NCBI GenBank assembly: GCA_977017645.1
Contig: OZ360224.1
Span: 138,322,001-138,386,000 of the forward strand
Length of the DNA: 64,000 bases
Direction: 5' to 3'
Origin: Torpedo marmorata
Lineage: Eukaryota
Positions 50,860-63,504 of the stretch are shown one piece after another. The notes beneath the pieces are model-generated. The model had not been told where the DNA came from. It ran no database searches and worked only from the letters and a program-made list of their open reading frames with translations. Every line of letters starts with the position of its first letter. The stretch's first letter is position 1. Made by a program: the position numbers and the translations under genes.

Positions 50860-51035
50860 CAAACAGCAGAAAGTGCACATCACATTTTAAGCCTCCATTC
50901 CTGTGTCGTCAGGGTCTTCCTGCCCCAATTGTGGAAGAGTCAGCAGTTCCCACATTGGCCTCATTAGCCAATTCAAAACCCACAAAATTGGAGTAGAAAA
51001 AAATCGACCTAGATCTCAAGAGACTGTCCAAGAAT
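50860..51035 (+). mobile_element. RTE 3' end with C2H2-like motif
   Basis: CPNCGRVSSSHIGLISQFKTH coding followed by a short tail. Confidence 0.6.
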
Positions 51036-51292
51036 CCAAGTAAGGATGTTTGTGTTTAAATACCAGGCAAGTGAAATGAAGAGAAAGAGTCCAAATTTAA
51101 TTTCAATGATCTTCCACCAGAACTGGGAAAAAAGCTGTTTTAGGATGCAGGGAAAGCAGTGAGTGCAGTTCCATGTTGAGTTTGGAAAGCTGCAAATGAG
51201 CCTCGTGCTACTCCTCAATTCTGAGTTTAGCAGATTCAGAAAATGATTCTACAACTCGCATTTACTCCTCATCCAGGGAGATCTTTTGTTTT

Positions 51293-51644
51293 TTTTTCCC
51301 TTCTCCACCTATTACCTCCAGCCTTTGTGACTTCTGATAACCTACTCTCCTCTCCACCTCCCTTCCCTTCCCCCTGTCAGCTCTCCACCCCCTTCCCTCT
51401 CTATTCACCCAGCCATCCCTCCTCCCCTTGATCGCTGCTGTCCCATCCCTCCCTTCTCCACCTATTACCTCCTGCCTTTGTGACCACACCTCCCCCCCTT
51501 ACCCTTTTATTCGGACGCCTGCCGACCTTTTTCCATACCTTGATAAAGGGCTCAAGCCCGAAACGTTGGTTATGTATTTTTATCTTTGCTATATAAATGA
51601 CACTGTTTGACCTGCTGAGTTTCTCCAGCATTTTGTGTTTTTAC
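51293..51644 (+). mobile_element. Penelope terminal-repeat insertion
   Basis: Homologous to 5310-5610; perfect 15-bp TSD gagatcttttgtttt at 51278-51292 and 51645-51659. Confidence 0.9.
51534..51574 (+). ncRNA. Minimal hammerhead motif with U3-A8 core
   Basis: CAUACC-UUGAUAA-A-GGGC-UCAA-GCCC-GAAACGUU-GGUUAUG. Confidence 0.6.
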
Positions 51645-53548
51645 GAGATCTTTTGTTTTCTGTGCCATTTTTACCCTCTTTTGTCTGGCATTGATATTGT
51701 CATCATTTAATTTTCCCCGTTTTCATTCCACTGCATATGTTACATTTTGTTATTTTTTCCCTCATTTTTATACTTATATTTAAAATTTGTTCATTACTCA
51801 TTGTTTCCCGTTCCAAAATCGAGTTTATTGATATGAAACTTGCTGGCCTAATATGTCCTCCCAGTATTGCCACACGTGGATCTTACCCAGTACAGATGCA
51901 GAAGCTAATCTCACTGCCCCAAACAATCCAGGACTTCAGCAGCAGTGTATCAGTGACAGCGGGGAGGAACTCTGCCTCAATACCCTCAAAGCTTTGAGAA
52001 CCAGCAAAGCCTGCCCACAGTTGTGAATGATCTTCAGAGACATTTTCAGAAAGGTCATAATTGAAGTAAGTAATTACAAATACAAAATTATTGAACACTT
52101 AAGAAATAAAAATAAGTTTCAAACAGCTATAAGTAATGAAAAAGATTATCTGGTGAAATAGTTAAAAGTTACTTGTCTTCCCCTTGCCTCCTAATCAGCA
52201 GCACTAAAATAACTTGAAATCAAAGGCATCCTGGGACCTGGTTTAAATTGACGTTAAATCTGAGGGACTTTTTTTTTTAACCCCTTCTGCAAGCTAATTC
52301 TGGGCATCTCAGCAAACATGGGCTCGACAGGTAACTGCTGCAGCAAATTCAGAATGGAAGATAATGACACCCTTCCCAATCAATCAGTAAGTCTGAGGAA
52401 ATTTGAATTTGACAGTGTAAGCACAGATATCCTGGGCATACTCACATTAAAACAGCTAAATGCCAGAGGTTCTGTTCAGAACCGCTATCGTTCAGCATGC
52501 TCTGAAATTTGATCTCACTTTACGGATGCTGGCTGACCCCTGAATAGTTCTATCATTTAATTATTTTACTTCACATTTCCAGCATCCGGAATCGGTATTT
52601 AGCCATTGTGTTAGTTGTGTGCAACTAAACTTTACATGCAGTTATTATTTAATTTCATTATCTCACTATCTTGCAATGTACATCGGACAAAAGATCATTT
52701 TTGCCATCATCTGCCATTCATTTCTCAACAAATTTGAGATAATGGTGTCATATTTTTTTGCAATTTAATTACATTATCCATTGATCAAAAACACAAAGAA
52801 AACTGCTGTTGGCAGAAAGAAAAAGAGAACGACAATCCAAAATAATAAAATAAAGCTTCCTTTTCAAAAACATGAGGCTGAGGAAGTAATAATTGACTTT
52901 ATAATCCAATTTCTAAAGTTTCTGGATGGTAGTTATAGACCGCGCAAGCTTTGTTTATTACAATTTAACCAGATTACAACCTTGCTGTCACTTCCAGACA
53001 TCCAATAATAATACACTCAGACTGAATTTTAAATAAATTATATATTTTCTTTGCCATTCTGAGTAAAGAAATAATTGATGTTGAAACTCTGGCACAAATA
53101 AGCTGGCAATAAAGGAATCTTTGAGAAAAGATTTTAAAGATATTATTTCTGGTGAAGTAATATTCATGGTCCATTCATAGGGTTGCCAATTTGCATGATG
53201 CAAGGAAAAGGTTGCAGCTGATAATTCCTTACAGCATCTGAAGTTCAGACCATTTTGTTGAAAATTAGATTGTCTGTCAGTTGATCTGAAAGGAAATGCC
53301 TGAAATATTTGATAGAAACACTGAGAAAAGCGACTGAAAATTAATTTTACTTCAGAACTCTCGGGGGGGGGGGGGGTGGAATTCCATCACAAATTGATTT
53401 ATCTTAAGGTAAAATATATCACATCTTCAAGAAAAATAATGAAATTTTAAATAAATACCGGTATATCTGAACTAACAAGCCAGAGTCAAACAGAAAAATG
53501 CTGGAGAACTCAACAGGTCTCGCAACGTCCATAGGAGGTAAAGATATA

Positions 53549-54340
53549 GTTTTTTTTTCTTTCCTAAAAATAGATTTCATTCACAATAATTTATTTACAA
53601 AAGGAAAACCATTCAAAGTCTCTTCCCACCCTTAATTTCATATCAATACATTTCCATCACTGTACATAGTTACATTCATTTTTATTTACATCATTGCCAG
53701 CACTGTGGCACCTTGTCGTTATTCCCCCCTTTGTTGTTTGAGGGGCTTTACCTCGGTCTCAGCCCCTCAATGCCTGGTGACGAAGGACTCCAGACTGTGG
53801 TCCTTCCCCACAGTGCCCTCACGGCTGTGCCCAGCCTCAGTGCGTCCTTCAGCACGTTCTCCTGCAGCCTGGAATGTGCTAGTCGGTAGCATTCCCTCAC
53901 TGACATCTCCATGTGCTGATAAACCAACAAGTTTCAGGCAGACCAAAGTGCGTCTTTCACCGAGTTGATGGTCTTCCAGCAGTTCTGGATGTGTGACTCT
54001 GTGAGCATTCCCTGGAACAGCTCATAAATCAGAGAGTCCTCTATCACGCTGCTGCTGGGGATGAACCGTGGCAAGGATCCTTGCATCCATTTTAATACAC
54101 TTTTAGCAAATCTGCATTCTGCAAAGAGGTGGGCAACTGTCTCCACTCAACCCCAGTCATCTCGGGGAAAATGTGCATTGTGGGTGATGTTCCGGTTGTA
54201 CAGGAAGGATCTGACTGGGAGGGCTCCTTTCACTGCCAGCCAGACCAAATCCTGGTACTTGTTTGTGAGCATTGGCGATGAGGCATTCTGCATGATGAGC
54301 TGGACAGTGTGTTCCAGGAACTGCCACACCGTGTCCATTG
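53549..54340 (-). mobile_element. Tx1-clade LINE 3' end
   Basis: QDLVWLAVKGALPVRSFLY...ETVAHLFAECRFAK (zf-RVT type), WKTINSVKDALWS; poly-T at 53549-53560. Confidence 0.85.
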
Positions 54341-54562
54341 AGGATATATTTCTATTTCTCCCTTCCTCTAGCTCTGTCTCTCTCTTTCCCTTTCCCTCTG
54401 TCTCCTTTCTTCCAGTTCTGCATTCACAGAGACACCCCCTCCCCTGATTATTTCTCACCTTTCCTCTCCTGTTCTCCTATCCATGTCCAATTATCACCTT
54501 TTGTGTGTTGGTCTGTGCTACTCCCCCTGCCTTTTCATTCAGGCGCCTGCCTGGTTATTGCT

Positions 54563-54603
54563 CATACCTTGAAGAAGGGCTCAGGCCCGAAACGCTGGTT
54601 ATA
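54563..54603 (+). ncRNA. Minimal hammerhead motif, cleavage triplet mutated
   Basis: CAUACC-UUGAAGA-A-GGGC-UCAG-GCCC-GAAACGCU-GGUUAUA. Confidence 0.5.
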
Positions 54604-55682
54604 TAGCTTTACCTCCTCTGGACGCTGCGAGACCTGCTGAGTTCCTCCAGCATTTTTGTGTTTTTACTGAAATAACAAGCCACCTGGTTAAAGAACAATA
54701 AATGCTTCTGCATTTAATTTCCTTCCATTTGAAGTTTCTTGACTGCAATTTGCAAAAATGTGTTATGATAAATTACATGTTATTTGTATAAATCTTAGCT
54801 TCAATAAAATTAACAGATCACAAAAAGAGTCCTGACAGAATGATAGATTAATCGTGTCTCACCTTCTGTGTATCTAGAAAATACATGTACTCATACTCAC
54901 ACACTGATTAAAGCACTTGTACCCAATTTATAGCCAGTCAAATATTTGAAGAGGATTTATTGATCTGAAATAAGCATAATAAAATAACAAAGAACCCACC
55001 AGTTCATGGAAATATGAACCTGGTAAATAATTGAGGTGCCTTTGATTATCTGTGATATAATTTGTGGTCTTTGGGACCAGATGTATCATAGTAACGTAGT
55101 TCAAAGAGAGTTCACATAATTGCTGACTTTTTAATCTATTTATTGTGATTTTGTATTAAAGCTAGATTGATTTGTCATCTCAATGATAGTATAAGGTGAT
55201 CTTGATTTTATTGAATATTTCAAACAAATTTCAATCAATGCATCCAAGTACATTCTGAATAGGATTTACCATTAGACCAATGGATTAGAAACGATCTATA
55301 GAGAGGAACAGTTATTGTTTGAAAAAGAACTTCCCAAAATAGAATCAGTTAACCAACAGTTAGATACTCACTGGAAACACCTGTAAAAAAAAACTATTGC
55401 TGTCGATAAAGTCTTTGCAGATATCATTGTGAATAGCTGTGCATTGTAATAAAATGGGAGGCTTGGTGTTTTCATATTGCAGTAGTTGCTATTGTAAAGG
55501 GGAAAAGGTTATTCATTATTTAATGATTAAAAAATCTGTCCCAGTTGAAAGAAGATTGTAACTGAAATTAATATGTTTGTAATTTCTGGACACTGAAAGA
55601 ACCAGAAAAAAAATCATGAAATAAAACCTTTCTTCATCTTCTTGTCAAAAAAAAGTGAAATGTGTATGCTGGTCCCCTAAAT

Positions 55683-55894
55683 CAGCCATTCTCAATGGGG
55701 ATCAATGGGGACCACAGCACATTTAAGTAAAAGCTTTGGTTTTTTTTCACCTCACGTAACAAATATTTTTTATGTAGTCGGTAGAAGAGAAGTACGGAAG
55801 AAACCAAAACTTGACTGCTCCACAGGGAAGGGGGCCCATAAACTTTGAGCAGAGTCCTAAGGGGGCCACAGCCAAAAAAAATTGAGAATGGCTG
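55683..55894. mobile_element. hAT (Charlie-like) MITE (212 bp)
   Basis: TIR cagccattctcaa / ttgagaatggctg; perfect 8-bp TSD ccctaaat at 55675-55682 and 55895-55902. Confidence 0.93.
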
Positions 55895-56345
55895 CCCTAA
55901 ATCACAGGGGATTAACAACCACAGCAGAACCACTGCTACTTATCCCAAATAAGTCATAGATAGCCTCTCAAAAGTCTTGAAGTATGATAGCAATTGGAGC
56001 AAAAATCTGTAATGCTGAAAATCCAAACAAAAACAGAAAATACTGGAAGAACCTAGTAAATCAGGCAGTTTCCACTGAGAGAGACATATGCGCAAAGACC
56101 TCCCACCACAAAGGTCCTTGATGAACTAAGAATGGCTCGCCTCAAAAGAAATTTTAGGGCAATTTAATTTTCAGTATTCTCCAGAGTAATAGAGCATTCA
56201 GGCCAAATTTTACAGTTTTTTTCCAGTTTATGCTCTGTGACTATTCCTGGGTTTTAAATTCATGGTTCCTCATATCTGAAGTTCTGATTCAGATTCAGAA
56301 TTTTCTAAGTTGTGCAAGTGGCAAAAGCCAGTGCTGAAATAAGCA

Positions 56346-57369
56346 CGAGAAACACAAAAGCTGCTGATCTGGAATCTTGAGGAGATGAAGAATTGCTGGA
56401 GGAACTCGACAGGTCAGTCAGCATCCAATGATAGAAATGGTCAGTCAACATTTTGGGTCTGAACCCTTTATCAAGCCTCAGGTAAAAAGATAAAATTACA
56501 TATATAAAAGGGGTAGGAAGCTGGGGGAGGGGCTCGGAGTTTAAGACAGAAGTAACTCAAGTACACTGACAATGGGTAAGGCCGAGGACAGACATGTCAT
56601 TATAGGAATGGTCGGGGGGAGTTGAAATGGTTGGCTGCAAGAAGCTCAATTTTAAACCTACAAACAGAGCATATGTGTTCGGCAAGGCAGTCATCCAATC
56701 TGTGTTTGATCCTACCCATGTAGAGAAGGCCACACCAGAGCTGTGCATGCACATCGTCCAACCTAATCTGCTCCATTTATTGCACTTGGGGTGGCCTCCT
56801 CTACATCAATGAGGCCAAACACAGATTGGGTGACCTCTTTGCCAAATACCTACACTCTATTTGAGGGTCTAAACTTGAGTGTCCTGCAGCCAACCATTTT
56901 AAGTCCTTCCACCATTCCTACAGTGACATGTTTGCCTTTGGCTTCAACCATTGTCAGGGTGAAGCCAAACGTAAACTTGAGAAACAACACAACATATTCT
57001 TCCTGAATAGCCTTAAACCTAACAACATGAACTTTTATTTTTCTAATTTTAGATTACACCACCCCATCAGATTCCACTGTTTCCATCTCTTCTTTAACTA
57101 CTCCTATACTTTTTTCCTTCTCTTTAACATTTCTTCCCCCCCCCCACCCCCACTTTTCTCATGATTTCTCCCTCCACCTGTCTCTCCACCTCCCACTGCT
57201 TCTGTCCTGTACTCTTTCACATCTGGACCCCGCCTTCAGTTTCTTTTCCCTTTTACATATGTAATTTTACCTCATTTATCTTATTTTTGATAAAGGATTC
57301 AGTCTCAAACTATCCATTTCTATCCATGGTTGCAGTCTGACCTGCCGAGTTCCTCCAGTAATTCTTTGT
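56346..57369. mobile_element. Older fold-back Penelope (inverted GIY-YIG plus tail arms)
   Basis: GLLYMGRIKHRL on minus and NLICSIYCTWGGLLYINEAKHRLGD on plus, centre near 56755; TSD tgaaataagca at 56335-56345 and 57370-57380. Confidence 0.85.
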
Positions 57370-57384
57370 TGAAATAAGCATTTC

Positions 57385-58350
57385 AGAATCAGAATTTATT
57401 GTCAGAATAAGAATTTATTGTCATGAACATGTCACAAAATTTGTTGTTTTGCATCACAGAGCAAACATTTTTATGAACCACATTTCAAAATAAATAAAAA
57501 TAGCGCAAGAAAAATAAAAAGACAAAGTGAGGTAGTGTTCGTAGATCATAATGCAACCCACGGTACACCTGTAGAAGTATTCGAGAGTCTCATGAACATG
57601 TCGCGAAATTCGTTGTTTTGCGGCAACTTTACAGGTGCAAAGTTGCTATAAATTATTTTTTTAAATAAATAAATTAGTGCAAAAGAAAAAAAAGTGAGAT
57701 AGTGTCTGTGGTTCATTGTCCATTCAGAAATCTGATGGCAGAGGGAAATAAGCTGTTTTTGTACCGTTGGATGTTTGTCTTCAGGCTCCTGTTACCTCCT
57801 TCCTGAAGGTATCAGTGAGAAGAGTGCATGGCCTGGGTGGTGAGGATCCTTGAGGATAGAGGTTGCTTTCTTGAGACACCGCCTCTTGTACATCTCCTTA
57901 ATGGAGTGAAGACTGATGCCCATGATGGCGCTGGCTGAGTTCTGCTGGCTGAGATGCAACCAGTCAGAATGCTCTCCATGGTACACCTGTAGAAATTTGC
58001 AAGAGTCTTTGGTGACATACCAAATCTCCTCAAACTCCTCACAAAGTATAGCCACTGGCGAGCCTTCTTCATGATTGCATCGACATGGAGGCCCAGGATA
58101 GATCTTCAGAGATGTTGACACCCAGGAATTTGAAGTTCTTAATCCTTTCCACTGCTGACCCCTCGATGAGGTCTAGTTTATGTTCTCCTGATTTTTCCCC
58201 TCCTGAAGTCCTCAATCAGTTCCTTAGTTTTGCTAACATTGAGTGCAAGGTTGTTGTTGTGACACCACTCAACCAGCTGAAATATCTTACTCCTATCATT
58301 TCCTCATTGCCATCTGTGATTCTGCCGATGACAGTGGGGTCATTGGCAAT
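57385..58350 (-). mobile_element. Rex1/Babar LINE 3' fragment with duplicated tail
   Basis: KKARQWLYFVRSLRRFGMSPKTLANFYRCTMESILTGCI, ILKDPHHPGHALFSLIPSGRR; (tcagaa)n terminal repeats. Confidence 0.9.
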
Positions 58351-61300
58351 TTTTTTGGAAGTTGCTATGGGATGGAATGGTGAAGTGAGAACACTACTGT
58401 CGGATGACAAAACCACTGAAGGCTTTGGAGTCGGCAAGCCCAGAAGAAGCAATATGAAGTGTGAAACTGAGTGAGTAGAGAACAAAGGGCAAGTGTGGGC
58501 AAGAGGGTGACTAATCCATAAGTGAAGCCCACGTTCCAAATGACTACCAAAATGAAGCAATGCTGTAGGAGCTAGGACTGGCTCTCTTCCCACTGACACT
58601 GACTCACTGCCCACTAAGCAGTGTGGGTTTTGCCAGGACAGATACAAGTAATGTTATCAAGTGGAAAGGTTGTGAGATCACCACACTTTGTATCACTCTT
58701 TCCTGGGTGAACGTGAAAAAAGTTAAATTGGAAACTGATGGGATTCCATACATTGATATAAGAATACCTTGCTGTGTACAGATTCGTCCTTCAGATGGTG
58801 GGGGCAGGAAGCAAGGGAGAATTATGCAGAAAACACATGGAGAACTTAAAAAGGTTATTTTTTTGCATTGATTCAACTGGACAAAAGATAAAAATCCTAA
58901 ACCTCGCAGCAAGTTACCCTGGCTTCCATCTGCAGTTGTCTTAAGTCCTTTGTATCTGGCTGTAAGTATTTTGTGAAGAATGGAGTGATTCAGATGACCT
59001 GAACCAGACACATGCTGGTTTGCATCACATTACATGGCTGGGTATGACATAGATAATGTGCTTAATCAACACTAGATGACTCCACACACTTTGTCATCTA
59101 ATTTCCTTACCCATTATTCAACTATCTCTTTGCCCTTTTGAGTTTCTGTTTGAGTTTTTAAAAGAAACTCGAACATGATATCTAAATATTTCTGACCTTG
59201 GCAAGGAAATTTACCAAAAATTTGATTTTGAATCCTGTTGTTCAATCCTGCCATTTTCATGCAATCAGATCTAAATTTTAGATTTTCTGAACATAAATAT
59301 AATGGGTTGGTGTGGTCAATATTTTAAGCCAATTTATATTCATGATGGCCTATTTGTAACAGAATCAAGATTGAATAATGGCAAACCTGATCTTCCGTGG
59401 TGTGCAAAAGATTTGACTATAATTAGGTTTAAATGGAACAATATAACTAATCAAGGGTTACATTAAAGTATAGACCTGATAACAAGCTTTTGTACATAAG
59501 ATAACATTCTCTGTGGGAAATTGGCAGAAGTGTTCCCTGCTGAACAAAAGTGGTCCTGACATAATGTTTGCAAAGTAATCCAAGTTGTGTCATCTGCTGG
59601 TGGAGATTAGCTGGAAAAAAGGAAATCAAAGAAAAGAACCTGGTATTGGACAACTATTTTGATCAGGAAATGTTATGAAGCTATTTAATCATAAATAGTA
59701 AAAAGAACAGAGGAAACAGTTTTTTAATGGAAAATGTATGTCCACGGAAGACCAGACTTGGAAACCCCATAGACCCAGTAGCTTGCGAGCATGCGCAAGC
59801 TGATTTTACTGTGATCTGCAATGTAGTTAATATCATTAGGCCTGCTTCTCTGATTCACACTGAAAACAGGAAGTGGGGGTGGTTTCTGTAAATGACAGGA
59901 GAAAGCATATTTAACATTTACAGGAAATGCAGAACTGCTTTGAGGTACAAGAGAAAAGGCAGCAAAGAAGTGTGCACCTTTGTATCATCTTCAGTGAATT
60001 CTAATCAGTGACAATATTTGGGCTTCTGTTCCATATAATGGTATGTTGAATCTCATTTTAACTCTTTTTTAAAAATTTACGTTTATGTTTCAACTAAAGC
60101 TGTGTTACCTTTCCAATGTCTGAGAATTATGCCTCTGGTTTCTAGCACTTCTAATATTAAAGCAATAAATGGGAGACTGGTATGTTTCACTAAATATAAA
60201 AAGGGCACTGCTTAACCAGTGAAGGTACCTGAAAGTAGTTAAATTTTAAAGCCCATAAGTCACTCATGCTGAAAGCTAACAGGTTCAGATACACGCTGGA
60301 TGATTAAGGCCCAACTGAAATGGAAATGTAGAAACCTACGTAGATGTCTTTTAGCGTGCAAACACGTGTTCAGCACAAGCTCTGAAGGTTAATTATGGAT
60401 CAAGCATTTTGTCTTTCAGTTATCTCATTAAAGACCAAGCTTTTGCAGTTTAATGTTTTCTTCCACATTCATTATGAGAATAGAGTGACAGTCACTTCAT
60501 AAAATGCAAAATAATAATTCGACAGAAAAGTATGCGTGGATCATAAAAGTTGGAAGGGGATTCGAGTGTTATCAGATTTTGTTTAGAACACAAGAAAACA
60601 TTTACAGACATTTACTGAGGAGTTTAAAATAAGTCTTGGTCCATTTTATGAAAATAAATATAAACTGCAGATGTTGTAAATCTGAAATGAAAACAGAAAT
60701 TGTTGGAAGCTCTCAGCACGCCAGATAGCACCTGTGGAAAGAGAAACAGATTGAAAATCCTTGCTCATCATGGTTTTATATTTTTGTGCTTGTATTCAAT
60801 TCATTTGGAAGGCTGCTTTGGGCCTTAGACTACTGGCTAAGAAATGTAACGGTGCGATATATGTTGATTTTGTCTCTGTCATTGTACTTCCCACCCTGAT
60901 CTGGATGATGACATCTGAAACCATGTTTCAGGAATCATGCACACAACTATTGTCTTAGCATTTCATTATGCACTTGTTAACTGCTGTATCGTTGGACTAA
61001 ATATAAAGGAATTTATTAATCTCAATCTAAGCAGAGATTTTGATAAGAAATGGGATGTTGGGGAATGGAAGTGGAGAATAATTCAGCACAGAAGAATCAT
61101 ATTTGACCCTTCAGACGTGTGCCAGCTCTTTCACTCCAGTTTCCCCTAAATTTTTGCTTTTTTCATATTAATTCAACTTACTTTTCAATAGTATTATTGA
61201 ACATATGCCTACAGTTTAAAGCAGTGGAAATTCTTAACCACTTATTGAGTAAAAAATGTTCTTTTCTATTGCCTCTGGTTTTTTCAACAATCTCAGTAAA

Positions 61301-61599
61301 TCTCATTTCTCTCATCCTTGATCCTTAAGGTGGAACCATTTTCTCTTTGTTTGCTGCAACTAAAACTTCTGTGCTCTGGAGGAAATTTTCCACGCCCCCA
61401 CCCCTTCGCCATCTACAGTATTCATATACTGTAATTGTAGCTCCTCAAACCTGTCACTGTTTTGGTAAAACTTTTCAATACGTTCTACAAAAATGTATTT
61501 TTCTTTCTAAAATGTCGAACCTAGAATTCAGTGCAGTGATTTAGAATTTGTGGTCTGTGTTAAAGTGATTCTATTTGCTGCAGGCCTCGAAAGAAGTTG

Positions 61600-62230
61600 T
61601 ACAAAAGTATTTCGTAGTCTCTGCGGCATGGGTTTCGACCTTCCTGATGTTAACTGTCAGGAATCAACAAATTAGTGCAGAATGGCAGACAGGGATCTTG
61701 CAACAGCGACGTCATCAAACAAGCTGAAATGTCACCCAGGAACCTCCTGTCCAAAGAAAAGTAGATTCAATCGAAATCGAATTACAGCCTGGTCAGTCAA
61801 ACATCAGAAATGGGTATCATGTGTTGATGACATTGTGATAAGGCATCACTTTATCACCAACAATCAGTTTGTCCACATTCAGTTTGAGTTCCCATAGGAC
61901 TACTTGGCTCCAGACTCATTATAACTTTGGTCTACATACACTCAAAGGAGCTGATTCTAGAACTGTATTAGTCTGCCTGCCCTCAGCACACTAGAAGAAT
62001 TTGATCAAGGACCCTTGGTAGAACCAAGACATAGACCCAGTGCAAAAGAAAATGGAAATGAGAATTGAAGGCCAGACATCCCTGTTCCAAGACATCATTG
62101 CAGCAGTTGCTCAGGTCACAAATGTGGATGTCCACTAAAGGTTATGCAGACTTCAGGTTCTTTTGCAATGGTTTGGGGAATGAAGCAGCCCTGACTTCCA
62201 TTCAGTAAGTACAGAGAAACATTCAGGAAT
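61600..62230 (+). mobile_element. Ancient CR1-group RT fragment
   Basis: ...VDDIVIRHHFITNNQFVHIQFEF and downstream decayed RT motifs. Confidence 0.45.
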
Positions 62231-62240
62231 GAATTATTTT

Positions 62241-62500
62241 GGGCGGCACAGTTAGTGCTGTTGTTAGCACAATGCTATTACAGCGACAGCAGTGCGGGTT
62301 TGAATCAGGCACTGTCTAAGGAGTTCCTATATTCTCCCCATGTTTGTGTGACATTCCTCCTGGTGCTCTAGTTTCCTCCCACGTTTCCAAGATGTACTGG
62401 GTTCAGTAGGTTAATTGGTCACATGGATGTATCTGAGCGACACGGGCTCGTGAGTCGCAGAGGCCTGTTACCATGCTGTGTCTCTAAATGAAATTAAAAT
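62241..62500 (+). mobile_element. V-SINE, same family as 24903-25145
   Basis: gggcggcacagttag head, gggtttgaatc B box, V domain, aggcctgttaccatgctgtgtctct tail. Confidence 0.85.
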
Positions 62501-63504
62501 TAAGCATTGAGTTTCATTTAATTGAGAAATTTTATATTTTCATAATTTTTCAAGAGGAGGTTAAGGAGGATCCTTTGATGACTTCATCTGCCTTATCGAT
62601 GGAACACTGTTAATGCAATGTCCATTGTGGACATGTTGGCACAGTGCACAATTTGAATGTTTGCAAGTATCAAGAAACTTGAACATTCAAGATATGGAAA
62701 GGGTGGACACACTTCTCGTGAAACCAAATACATGTTGATCAGAAGAATGAGCAGAGAGAATGCAAACTGAATCTACAAGTGTAGAGAAGGTGCAAAAGAT
62801 CAGCAAAACCCAGCAGTGTTATTGAACACGTGTTTGAAGATGGTAGGATAGAACAACAGTGGCTGTAACCTGTTATATTGAGATTTATAAATATAAATAG
62901 AGGCATAATATACCAAAAGCAGAAATCAGTACCTATGAGCTTAAACCTATACCAGTTTGGCTGAGAAGGAGTATGCTGTTGATGACTGATCCAGCATGAT
63001 GAGCAAATGCAATTGAAGTGCTGAGAATTTTATATTATGAACTGTACACCACAAGAGACTGTTAAGATGTACCGGTAATTATAGCTTACCATACCATTGA
63101 AAGTGTATTATTTTCAAAATTATATTATTGTCATAGTTATTGTTGGTCAGTTTCAAGTGACTAAATTGCTCTTCCCAAAGGACCACTACAAATTATTTCC
63201 ACCAAAGATGCAGAGGATGTGATCTTTCACCACACGGCCAATCTAAAGCCAATGTCTGGAGCAGCAGGCATCGCCTGTACCCCTTCCAGGCATTACAAAA
63301 GACGTTGCCAATATTGAGGTTCACTTTCAAGTTCATCATAATCATATAACCAAAATCATAGGTACTGTACCAATCAGCCCCCACCACACAATACCAAACA
63401 TCTTCACAAACATGGATCACATTTGTACCTCAGGTACCAATTCCCAGACACGACAGATCGTGGCAATGCAATTAATCACCACTTCCAGTGTACCAGCACA
63501 CCCT

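Larger units (their letters stand above)
53483..54666. mobile_element. Inverted Penelope tail pair enclosing a Tx1 fragment
   Basis: Minus tail 53483-53548, plus UTR and tail 54345-54666; TSD ctgaa(c/a)taacaagcca at 53467-53482 and 54667-54682. Confidence 0.85.

Noticed and set aside
58216-59011. 135-143 aa minus-strand ORFs as host exons
   Set aside because: No recognisable domain or clear splice structure; one partly reads through Rex1 sequence
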